Positions 28,201 to 36,101 of a stretch of 37,234 bases of DNA are shown here, piece by piece (position 1 is the stretch's first letter; every line of letters starts with the position of its first letter). The notes beneath the pieces were generated by a model. It worked only from the letters and a program-made list of their open reading frames with translations. It ran no database searches and had not been told where the DNA came from. The position numbers and the translations under genes were made by a program. Source of the DNA: a virus (taxonomy: Duplodnaviria > Caudoviricetes); IMG/VR virus record IMGVR_UViG_3300042262_000164, positions 1 through 37,234 of that record. One strand, 5' to 3'.

Positions 28201-29034
28201 ATGAATCTTTCTCCAGAACAGATTCAAGGGTATTATCTCCTGTCGGTGGCAGGTGGGTTCATCCTCTATGTGCTCGCGGGGGCGATACCTCCTTCCGGTG
28301 CGGGCATTTCTCGGATGGGGTACTTTGTGCGGGCCGGCGCTTTGGCGCTCGGCTCAACAATTGCCATTATGCTTGCGACTGCGACGCTTCGAACGTTCGC
28401 GCCTTTCGCGCCGCCGTCCCTTCAGGTGGTAACGACCCTCGCTATCGGCCTAGCGAGTGGAGCGTACGCGGGGCTTATGGCCCTTGGTCGGTCTGTAGAT
28501 AGCGGTGGGAGAAGGGCATTCGCGGTCTTTGGTCTCATTCCTTTTGCCAACCTTTGGTTGGCCTTCGCAGCGCCGATTCCCGATCCGGCAAGGCCGCCAT
28601 ATATGCCGAAAAGCGCGTTCCTGCGTTTCTTGGTTGGGTTCCTCTGCCTCTTCATCGGAAGCGCAGCTTCGGGTGGCCTAAGCGCATGGATGGAAACCGG
28701 GCAAGGGTCTACCGCTTTGCTTGAACGAGAGATTGCTTCGATCAACGCTTCGCTGCCAAGAAAATTAGACGAAATTACAACACTTGTGGCGGTTCGGCAC
28801 TACGGATCCGAGAAGAAATTAGTATATGAAAATAGTATTGTTTTATCAGATGGGGCAGTAATAGACTCTGATATACTAAAAAGAAATAACGTTCCCGTTC
28901 TGTGCTCTGACCAAGGTGTGTTGTCTCTTCTTAAGAGTGGCTACCTGTTGGAATATCGCTACGATCTCGTAGATGGCGGATTGGCTGGCGGATTGGCTGG
29001 CGGGTTCACTGTTTCTAGATCTGACTGCCCATGA
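28201..29034 (+). CDS. Multi-pass membrane protein with a C-terminal periplasmic two-Cys domain
   Basis: About 5 hydrophobic segments (DUF805-like GRSVDSG...LIPFANLWL), then LPRKLDEITTL...C...G..LEYRY...DC. Confidence 0.7.
   Translation: MNLSPEQIQGYYLLSVAGGFILYVLAGAIPPSGAGISRMGYFVRAGALALGSTIAIMLATATLRTFAPFAPPSLQVVTTLAIGLASGAYAGLMALGRSVDSGGRRAFAVFGLIPFANLWLAFAAPIPDPARPPYMPKSAFLRFLVGFLCLFIGSAASGGLSAWMETGQGSTALLEREIASINASLPRKLDEITTLVAVRHYGSEKKLVYENSIVLSDGAVIDSDILKRNNVPVLCSDQGVLSLLKSGYLLEYRYDLVDGGLAGGLAGGFTVSRSDCP
28974..29003 (+). repeat. 12-bp tandem repeat x2.5 (tggcggattggc)
   Basis: tggcggattggc tggcggattggc tggcgg, encoding GGLAGGLAGG. Confidence 0.85.
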
Positions 29035-29420
29035 TGCCACGGCTACTCCATCTCTTCCTCCTTCTCCTGCCTGGAGCCCCCTGCTTCGCCCTCACTGCCG
29101 CCGAGAGCCGTGAGATCGCAGCGGAGGTTGAGGCATTGAAGGCGGAACTGCCGCAGCGGATCGACAAGTCGACCACGATGGTCGCGGCTACCTACGAGCC
29201 CGCGCTGGCATTGCTTACCTATTGGGCCAACGTCGAGTTGCGGGTTCCGCCGGAGACGCTGGCGGCGGTCCTTCGCAGAACTCAGCCGCCCCGGACATGC
29301 GTCAACCTGCGCGATATGTTTGAAGCCGGCCTCTCGATGACTTGGGTATACACCGCGACCGACGGCCGGGAGATTGGCACGATATATCTCACGAAGGCCA
29401 ACTGCGAGCAGTGGTGGTAG
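29031..29420 (+). CDS. Secreted small protein with a domain similar to the C-terminus of the upstream gene
   Basis: Signal-peptide-like N-terminus; LPQRIDKSTTM...C...G....WVY...DG...C; ATGA overlap. Confidence 0.7.
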   Translation: MMPRLLHLFLLLLPGAPCFALTAAESREIAAEVEALKAELPQRIDKSTTMVAATYEPALALLTYWANVELRVPPETLAAVLRRTQPPRTCVNLRDMFEAGLSMTWVYTATDGREIGTIYLTKANCEQWW

Positions 29421-29485
29421 TCCCGAGAGCGTAATCGCACTGTTCTACCGGATAAGTGGGCTCCTTATTGGCGCTGTGTCTCCGT

Positions 29486-30217
29486 CTAATCCCTCAGCAT
29501 CCGCCGGAACTCCTCCGGCGACACGCTAACGTCCTCGAGCCGAGACGGTCCGGCTCGGGGGCGTCTGGGACGCATCCTATCGGGTCCACGAGCTTGTGCG
29601 TCCCCGCCGTCCCGCGCAGCAGCGAAGCGGTCATAGACCGCCCGGATGATCGCCCGATTGTCGAGGCTTCGCCCGCTCTCCTCCCAGAGCGCGTCGAACC
29701 AGTCGGTGTAGAAGCCCGCGACCTTCTCGCAGACATCGATGTCGAACTGCTCTGTGCGCAGGTTCTTGTTGAGGTTCATGCTTGAGCGCATGACGGCCGC
29801 GCCGCGCGCGCCTGAGACGATCACCACCTTCGCGTGCACCGAAAGGCAGCGGAACGCGTCGACGCCGAGGGCCTCGATCAGCGGGCCGGCGAATTTGGGC
29901 GATTTCTCGAAGGTGCCGCGATCGAGCAGCATGCGGACCGATCGGATCCGACCCGCGATCCGGATCTCCCGCGCCCGCCGCGCGTCGTAGAGCCCGGTGG
30001 TCCAGGTCGAGATCCGGACATCTGCGGGGCCGAGTTCGTCGACCATGTGCTCCATCGCGTCGATCGCTGAGAACTGGCCGGCGGTGAGCCCGGTCACCCG
30101 CGTGTCGGGCTCGAGCGGCCCGATCACCTCCATCGCGGTTCCAGTCCGATGGATCACGCGCCGGACTTCGCCAGTCCGGAAGCGCAGCGCGCGCGGGCGT
30201 TCCGTCACGCGGGGCAT
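29486..30217 (-). CDS. Phospholipase D-like (single HxK) domain protein, possible nuclease
   Basis: SVHAKVVIV...RSSMNLNKN resembles HxK(x4)D...GSxN; preceded by VRISTW and VRMLLD strands. Confidence 0.62.
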   Translation of the reverse strand: MPRVTERPRALRFRTGEVRRVIHRTGTAMEVIGPLEPDTRVTGLTAGQFSAIDAMEHMVDELGPADVRISTWTTGLYDARRAREIRIAGRIRSVRMLLDRGTFEKSPKFAGPLIEALGVDAFRCLSVHAKVVIVSGARGAAVMRSSMNLNKNLRTEQFDIDVCEKVAGFYTDWFDALWEESGRSLDNRAIIRAVYDRFAAARDGGDAQARGPDRMRPRRPRAGPSRLEDVSVSPEEFRRMLRD

Positions 30218-31575
30218 GTGGCCTCCTTCACCTCTGCGAAGGTCGCCCCATCGCGCGCCCGCGTCGCCTCGAGTCCGGTAAAGGCCTGCCAGCGCTCAAC
30301 GATCACGTCGGCGAACTTCTCGTCGAGTTCCATCATTCGCGAGACCCGGCCCGCCTTGTGGCAGGCGATCAGCGTCGAGCCGGATCCTCCGAAGAGGTCC
30401 AGCACCCGCGCGCCACGCTCGGTGCTGTTCTCGAGCATGCCGAGGATCAGCCCGACCGGCTTCATCGTCGGATGCTCGGCGCTCCGCGCCGGCTTCTCGT
30501 GCCGGATCACGCTCCCCTCGAAGGCCTCGAGCGAGAGGTTCTCGCCGCGCACGACGATCACCTGGCCGCCGACATCGATCTGCACCGTGCCGTCGGCCGC
30601 GACGCGGACCGGCGCGCCCGCGCCTTCGAACACCGTGGTCTTGTTCCGACCGCCGAACCAGCTGTGCGCGGCGCCGGGCTTCCAGCCGTAGAGGATTGGT
30701 TCGTGCCGCCACTGGTAGTCCGAGCGCCCGAGCACCAGCGACGGCTTGACCCAGACCAGGCAGCCGGAGAGCTTCAGCCCGGCGTCGCGGAAGGCGGCGC
30801 GAAAATTCAACCCCTCGGTATCGGCATGCGCGACATAGATCGGCGCGCCGGGCCTCATGACCGCGAAGGCGGCCGAGAAGGCCTCGCAGAGGAAGCGGCG
30901 GAACTCCGGGGCCTCCATGTTGTCGTTGCGGATCTTCCCAGCCGTGCCCTCGTAGTCGACGTTATAGGGCGGGTCGGTCCAGACCGCGTCGATCGGAACA
31001 CCATGGCAGAGCGCCTCGACCTCGCCGCGCGAGGTGGAATCGCCGCACATCAACCGGTGCGGTCCCAAGATCCAGACATCGCCGCGCCGGCTGACCGGCT
31101 GCGCCTCGGGTGGCTCCGGCACAAAATCCGGATCGCCCAGCGCCGGAGGCGGCGTGTCCTCGAGATCGACATCGGCGAGCAGCGCTTCAAGCTCCCCGTC
31201 GTCAAAGCCCAGCAGCTCCAGGTCGAACGCCTCGAGGCGCAGCGCCGCGAGTTCGCGGCGGAGCAGGGTCTCATCCCAACCGGCATTCTCGGCGATGCGG
31301 TTGTCGGCGATCACCAGTGCCCGGCGCTGCGCCTCGGTGAGATGCTCGAGCACGATCACCGGTACCGCTGGCAGCTCGAGCCGGCGCGCGGCCATCAACC
31401 GGCCGTGGCCGGCGATGACGCCGAAGTCGCGGTCGACCAGGATCGGGTTGGTGAAGCCGAACTCGACGATGCTCGCCGCGATCTGCGCGACCTGCTCGTC
31501 GGAATGCGTGCGGGCATTGCGCGCATAGGGCGCCAGCCGGTCCGGCGGCACCATGTCGATCCGAGGCTCAGCCAC
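30205..31575 (-). CDS. ParB-like N-domain + N6/N4 DNA methyltransferase (beta order)
   Basis: PYARNARTH, FGFTNPILVD, IAGHGR, ADNR; TDPPY, HPTMKP, LDLFGGSGST. Confidence 0.92.
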   Translation of the reverse strand: MAEPRIDMVPPDRLAPYARNARTHSDEQVAQIAASIVEFGFTNPILVDRDFGVIAGHGRLMAARRLELPAVPVIVLEHLTEAQRRALVIADNRIAENAGWDETLLRRELAALRLEAFDLELLGFDDGELEALLADVDLEDTPPPALGDPDFVPEPPEAQPVSRRGDVWILGPHRLMCGDSTSRGEVEALCHGVPIDAVWTDPPYNVDYEGTAGKIRNDNMEAPEFRRFLCEAFSAAFAVMRPGAPIYVAHADTEGLNFRAAFRDAGLKLSGCLVWVKPSLVLGRSDYQWRHEPILYGWKPGAAHSWFGGRNKTTVFEGAGAPVRVAADGTVQIDVGGQVIVVRGENLSLEAFEGSVIRHEKPARSAEHPTMKPVGLILGMLENSTERGARVLDLFGGSGSTLIACHKAGRVSRMMELDEKFADVIVERWQAFTGLEATRARDGATFAEVKEATCPA

Positions 31576-31627
31576 GCGCGTCTCCCGCTGCGATGAAGGA
31601 AGCCGCGCGGTGCGCGCGGGACTGTTG

Positions 31628-31723
31628 TCAGAGATGCCGCGCGATCAGCGCGAGCAGGATCACCACCGCGACGCCGAGCGGCAGCCGCTCCTCGCGCGCG
31701 ATACGACGCAGAAGCTCAAGCAT
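31628..31723 (-). CDS. Possible 31-aa single-TM peptide
   Basis: MLELLRRIAREERLPLGVAVVILLALIARHL*; ATG overlaps the end of the holin-like gene. Confidence 0.35.
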   Translation of the reverse strand: MLELLRRIAREERLPLGVAVVILLALIARHL

Positions 31724-32090
31724 CCGGCTGACCTCCGCGCCGGCGCAGCCAGGCCTCGAGCCCTGCCGTTCCGACCTTCGCCACGCCCATGCCGCAGAGG
31801 CCTGCCGCGAAGGCCGCCGAGGTCGCCGCGTCGGGTCCGAGATCGCCGAGCCAGCGCTGCAGTACGACGAGCATCGGGCCAGTGGTGTACTTGGCGAAGA
31901 TCGCGCCGGTGACGACGGCGATGCCGCCGTCGAGCACGCGGCGCCGCTCGGTCAGGATCCAGCGAACGAAGCCGCCGGCGGCGCCGGCGACGATGGCGCG
32001 GCCGCCCTCGCCGGCGATCCAGGCGGCGATCAGCCCGCCGTAGTAGATCAGATGATCAAGGAGGCTCGGTTCGGTCTCGGGTGGCTGCAC
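31716..32090 (-). CDS. Holin-like membrane protein
   Basis: GTG 32090 with GGAGG RBS (alternative ATG 32165); about 3 hydrophobic segments, AGAAGGFVRW, basic tail WLRRR. Confidence 0.55.
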   Translation of the reverse strand: MQPPETEPSLLDHLIYYGGLIAAWIAGEGGRAIVAGAAGGFVRWILTERRRVLDGGIAVVTGAIFAKYTTGPMLVVLQRWLGDLGPDAATSAAFAAGLCGMGVAKVGTAGLEAWLRRRGGQPDA

Positions 32091-32161
32091 CTTGTCCTCC
32101 GCGTCTGATGTCTTCGCCAAGCGGTCCGTCGAACGCAGGCTCGGCTCGAGCCGAGTGCCTG

Positions 32162-33667
32162 TCATGCCTCCGCCGCGCCGACGCGATGGACGATGACGGC
32201 GCCGAGGCGGATACCCATGCCGGCGTCGTTGCTGGCGGCGAACTGGACGCCGAGCTCCGCGACGGGGGTCTCCGCGAAGGTCGTGAGCCGATGACCGCGC
32301 CGACGCGCGAGATGCGCGGCCGGCGCCTCGAAGCCCGCGCCGTAGCCGAACTCGATCGGATTGCCGAAGCCCGCGACCGCCGGCAGCGGCGATCCGCCGG
32401 AGGTGCTTTGCACCAGCCGCGCCGCCCAGCTCGCCGCCGTCTGATCCAGCACGTCGAAGGCGAGCAAGTAGCGCCCGGGCGCGTCCACTACGAAATCCTG
32501 TCCCGCCGCTTTCCATTCCGAGCCATCTGCGGCGGAGATCACGAGCGCCCCATCCTCGGCCGCAAGCAAGGCGCCGTTCGTCGCCGCCCAGCCCGACGTC
32601 CCGCTGGCGAAGTCGCCGTTCGCCACCACGCTCGGGCGAGGGTTGGCGCCGAGCCAGTGTTCGTAGATCGCCCAAAAGATCAGCCGAGCGGCGATGTCGC
32701 AGCCCAGCGCGTTGAGGTGCAGCCCGTCGGCGGTGAGCGACGGCGCCGGGCAGTCCGCCGCCTCGGCCGCGCCATCGGCCGTGTCACCGATGATGCCCGC
32801 GAAGACCGCCTCCGACCGAGTATCGACGAAGAGCACCGTCGCGCCATTGGCGAGCGCTGCGAGGCCGGCGTTGATCGCAGCGATCCGGTCATAGGTCGCG
32901 GAGCCGCTGCCCTCGGTCTCATCGTTGCGGTTGTGGACCGAGACCAGGATCAGCACCTGGCCCGGCAGAAGCGCCGCGACGGCGCCGGCCGCGTCGGCGA
33001 TCACTGCCGCCGGATCGGTAGTGTTGTTGCGTCCGGCCCAGAAGACCGAATAGGCCCGGCTCGTCGAACGGGTCGCCCAGCGGGCCAGCGCCTGCGCCGA
33101 GGTCTCGCCCGAGACGGCGTGGCTGGTGACTTCGCCCGGCAGGCCGGCCGCCGCGAGGTAACGCGCCAGGGTCGGGCGGAGCGCGGTGTAGGCGCTCTCG
33201 GCGCCGCCGCCGCTCGAGCCCTCGGCGAAGCTGTCGCCGTAGAGCGCGACGCCGGCGAGCAGCTCGATCTCCGCGCCGCCGAGGCCGGGCGACTGATCGC
33301 AGGCGACGATGCCGAGCGCGCGAAGCTGCGCGAGCTTGCCCGCGATCGCGACCTCGTCCGAGACGCTCGAGTGGAACGCCAGGGCGCGGCGCCCGATCAG
33401 CACCGGCCCGCGCGTAATGGCGCTGGCATCGCGATCGCCGGCTGTCGCGTCGACCTGGGCGGTCAGCACGGCGGCGGCGATTTCGGAGCCGTCCAAGCCG
33501 GTGGCGGGCGAGAGCGTGTAGCTCTCAGTGGCGGCGATCCGGCCGAGGACCGAGCCCGCCGGGTAATCGCGACCGCCGACGAGCCTAACGCGGGCATGCG
33601 CCACGTTCGGCATGCGGTCCCATTTCACCAGGTCGCTCTCGCGCTGGGGTTCGTGCAAGACGGGCAT
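32162..33667 (-). CDS. Head decoration domain + SGNH/GDSL hydrolase + CBM-like fusion (about 501 aa)
   Basis: N-terminal about 122 aa align to 20640..21029 (GSVLG, VDAT.GDR, RGP, K.AQL..LGIVA); SGNH blocks GDSF, SGETS, GRNN, DGLH; C-terminal VANGDFASGTSGW. Confidence 0.82.
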   Translation of the reverse strand: MPVLHEPQRESDLVKWDRMPNVAHARVRLVGGRDYPAGSVLGRIAATESYTLSPATGLDGSEIAAAVLTAQVDATAGDRDASAITRGPVLIGRRALAFHSSVSDEVAIAGKLAQLRALGIVACDQSPGLGGAEIELLAGVALYGDSFAEGSSGGGAESAYTALRPTLARYLAAAGLPGEVTSHAVSGETSAQALARWATRSTSRAYSVFWAGRNNTTDPAAVIADAAGAVAALLPGQVLILVSVHNRNDETEGSGSATYDRIAAINAGLAALANGATVLFVDTRSEAVFAGIIGDTADGAAEAADCPAPSLTADGLHLNALGCDIAARLIFWAIYEHWLGANPRPSVVANGDFASGTSGWAATNGALLAAEDGALVISAADGSEWKAAGQDFVVDAPGRYLLAFDVLDQTAASWAARLVQSTSGGSPLPAVAGFGNPIEFGYGAGFEAPAAHLARRRGHRLTTFAETPVAELGVQFAASNDAGMGIRLGAVIVHRVGAAEA

Positions 33668-33811
33668 GGTCTGCTTTCGGTGGATGGAGCCGCGAGGGCT
33701 CCGTTGGAACGAGGGCAAGACCCTCGCGAATGGGGCATGCGCACCGCGCACCCCAAGATGCGCACCCGAGCCCGAACCCAGAAATTTTCTCTGACACTGG
33801 CGCTTCGCCGG

Positions 33812-33851
33812 GCCCGCGCCACCCGTATAGGGTTCGCCGCCGGGAGGACCC
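33812..33851 (-). other. Candidate cos packaging site (cosQ-like GGGTCCT then cosN-like TACG/GGTGGCG)
   Basis: Minus strand GGGTCCTcccggcggcgaaccctaTACGGGTGGCGCGGGC resembles lambda GGGTCCT...TTACGGGGCGGCGACCT; gpA-type terminase present. Confidence 0.55.
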
Positions 33852-34139
33852 GCGCGGGGATGGAAGGGCGTCGGCCGTCCCCGAAGTTCGGGGTGGGCAG
33901 AGTCCCGGGGGCGTCACCCCCGAGACCTCGACCCGACCATACCGGAGAACATGCCCGGAAATGTTGCATCCGTCGCGTCCAAAGTAACGCGAGCGGTGCC
34001 CACTCGCGCCGCGCTGGAATGGCGCCGGACGACCGCGCTTGCCGGTCGCTGCGGCTGGTCCGGATTTACAACGCGCGCGCGTGCGAGGCGGCGCGGGGCA
34101 AGAAGACGCCGCGCGCGCGGCGTCGAGCAGAGGTCGGGT

Positions 34140-34200
34140 AGACCATTTTGTAAACCTAACAAATTGAAATTGCTTATATAAAACGCGGATCGGCTTGTCG
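34140..34200. promoter_or_regulatory. AT-rich patch in divergent intergenic region, probable promoter(s)
   Basis: ttttgtaaacctaacaaattgaaattgcttatataaaac within about 70% GC DNA, upstream of both 34274(+) and the minus-strand late genes; no exact -35/-10 assigned. Confidence 0.4.
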
Positions 34201-34273
34201 CGTGCCGCCAAGTGCGCGATGATCTGGGAAAGCGGGCGCGCCGAGCGCCCGCGAGGATCAGGATCTCAACGCG

Positions 34274-34636
34274 ATGACCAACAGCCTTCCCACCCGCAAC
34301 CCAGAATGGGGCTTCTGGGGCACGGTCGAGAGGACCGGTCTTTCCGCCAAGTGGCTCTGGGAGCTTGCCAGCGCGAACATCGCCGAGGCGACCGGCGCGG
34401 GCCCGGAGGGCGTCCGCGACTTCCTCGACAGCCAGCACGGCCGGCATTTCGCCGACGCGGTCTGGAGCGAGGTCGGTGCGAGCGCCGGGCAGGACGATAC
34501 GGAGCGCGCCGTCGCCCACGTGGTCCAGGTCTGGCAGGGATGGCGAGTCGGCCGGCGGGCCAGCCGGGAGCATGGGATCCCGGCCGACCTGCCTTACCTC
34601 ACCGGCTGGGTCTCGCTCTTCGACCAGGCCGCGTGA
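34274..34636 (+). CDS. Conserved prophage hypothetical protein
   Basis: TRNPEWGFWGT...VRDFLDSQHGRHFAD motif that I recall from proteobacterial prophages; function unknown. Confidence 0.72.
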   Translation: MTNSLPTRNPEWGFWGTVERTGLSAKWLWELASANIAEATGAGPEGVRDFLDSQHGRHFADAVWSEVGASAGQDDTERAVAHVVQVWQGWRVGRRASREHGIPADLPYLTGWVSLFDQAA

Positions 34637-35075
34637 AGCGCGCGACGCCAGGCTTCGGTTCATCGCGCCCGGCGGGCCATTCCGCCGGCCTTGGCGCCTC
34701 GGCGGCGTTGAGCTTGCTCGCGATGGTTTGCAGCGCGGCGACCCAGCGCCGCCAAGCGGTCTGCCGCGCAACGCCGGCCCGGACGCAGATCTGGCGCCAG
34801 GGCACGCGCTCGGCTTTGAGCCAGATGATCCGCGCGTCTTCGCCCTCGACCAGCCGCAGCCAGTCGATGCATTCCTCCATCTTCGAGATCGCCTTGGCAC
34901 TCGGCAGAACCCGCATCGGCCGCGCGTTTTCGGTGTCGTGCGCCTCCAGCGCGTCGCGCGCCACCTCGGGCCAGGACGAGCCGTAGCCGCGCGCGCCGCG
35001 CGCGACCCGCACATGGCGCAGTGTGTAGGCCGCGTCCTCGAACCGGGACTCGACCTCCGAAGCCGTGATCCGCAT
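34599..35075 (-). CDS. DUF6362-like HTH protein, putative late-gene regulator
   Basis: Start ATG 35075 (TGATG); RFEDAAYTL, PSAKAISKMEE...WL, W..IC...G..R.TAWRRW; occupies the lambda Q position. Confidence 0.75.
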   Translation of the reverse strand: MRITASEVESRFEDAAYTLRHVRVARGARGYGSSWPEVARDALEAHDTENARPMRVLPSAKAISKMEECIDWLRLVEGEDARIIWLKAERVPWRQICVRAGVARQTAWRRWVAALQTIASKLNAAEAPRPAEWPAGRDEPKPGVARFTRPGRRARPSR

Positions 35076-35590
35076 CAGCTCTCCTCCGCCACGAGTTCGG
35101 CCGGGTCCGTCGCCGGGGCGAGCAGCCGCGCGACCATCGTTGCGAGGTTCCGCCGCGCCGCGAGGATCGGATCGGCGATCGCCAGCAGGTGGCCGGGCGT
35201 TGGCGCGAAAGCGTTCGCGCCGCGCCGCCAGCCGGAGCAGGCCGCGTCGACGATGTCCTCGGGCAGATGACCGAGGTCGCGCAGCCAGTCCGCCGCGACC
35301 GAGGCGGCGGCCCGCTCCGGGCGCGTCGGGGCGGGGTAGTGCCACATCAGCGCCTCGACCAGGCCGCCGACCGCCTCGGGCTTCGCCGGGACGAGCGCGC
35401 GCTTGAGATCCGCCGCCATCTCAGCCAGGATCGCCGCCTGGGTCTCGTTCGGTCGGGTCCGACCCGGGCGCCAGCTCTCGGCGATCAAGCGCCGCGACAG
35501 CCGCAGCCCAGGCTTCCCGAGGTATTCCGGCAACGGCTCGGCGACGCTTGGCAGGGGCTCGGGGCGGCGTTCGTCCATCGGTTCGTTCAT
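35075..35590 (-). CDS. Putative replication accessory / helicase-loader-like protein
   Basis: Follows the initiator; DWLRDLGHLPEDIVDAAC..WRR...FAPTPGHL resembles loader-type motif; start uncertain. Confidence 0.55.
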   Translation of the reverse strand: MNEPMDERRPEPLPSVAEPLPEYLGKPGLRLSRRLIAESWRPGRTRPNETQAAILAEMAADLKRALVPAKPEAVGGLVEALMWHYPAPTRPERAAASVAADWLRDLGHLPEDIVDAACSGWRRGANAFAPTPGHLLAIADPILAARRNLATMVARLLAPATDPAELVAEES

Positions 35591-36101
35591 CGCAATTCTC
35601 GCTCTCCGCGATCCCGCCAACCGACAAGGGGGTAGGGGGATAAGGTTCTCTTCCAGGTTCAATTCCAGGTTTATGTCCAGCCTGCCGGACGCTGTGAGTC
35701 TCGCGGGCAGGACAGGGTGGGTCCGGCTGGCCGGACATGGAGAGCCGCCCGCGTTCCGGACATGGCGGCCGGGAGTCCGGTACGTGCCCGCCCGCCGCGC
35801 CCGGCGTCGCCGGGGGCTCGAAGGGGCCCTTCAGAGCCAGCTGGTAGAAGGTCGACCGCTTCAACCGCGTCTCCCGGTCGACGCGCCGAATCCGCCGGAT
35901 CAGGCCCCGCGCCTCGAGCAGTCCGAGGTGCGTGTTCAGCGCCGATCGGCTGATCTCGCAGACTTCGGCAAGCCTGACCTGTGACGGGTCGCAGCGCCCG
36001 GTGCGGGCGTTATGCACATCGGCGAGCGCCCAGAGCACGACCCGGGTTGTGGGACGGAGCCCTCGCTGTGCGATGGCCCAGTCTGTTGCGAGATGACTCA
36101 T
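35421..36101 (-). CDS. HTH (HTH_36-like) replication initiator
   Basis: ATG 36101 (ATGA overlap); VVLWALADVHN...CDPSQVRLAEVCEISRSALNTHLGLLEARGLI; Pro-rich linker, EPGREP. Confidence 0.8.
   Translation of the reverse strand: MSHLATDWAIAQRGLRPTTRVVLWALADVHNARTGRCDPSQVRLAEVCEISRSALNTHLGLLEARGLIRRIRRVDRETRLKRSTFYQLALKGPFEPPATPGAAGGHVPDSRPPCPERGRLSMSGQPDPPCPARETHSVRQAGHKPGIEPGREPYPPTPLSVGGIAESENCDERTDGRTPPRAPAKRRRAVAGIPREAWAAAVAALDRRELAPGSDPTERDPGGDPG
35641..35790. repeat. Iteron-like repeats, putative phage origin inside the initiator gene
   Basis: ccggacgctg 35685, caggacaggg 35708, ccggacatgg 35731, ccggacatgg 35756, ccggtacgtg 35777; adjacent AT-richer stretch with ttccaggtt x2. Confidence 0.6.

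Noticed and set aside
8025-34141. Long plus-strand ORFs such as 8025..9509, 10761..12422, 14311..16110, 17059..19020, 23773..26037 and 32081..34141
   Set aside because: Antisense shadows of well-supported minus-strand genes in high-GC DNA; Arg/Ala/Pro-rich with no motifs
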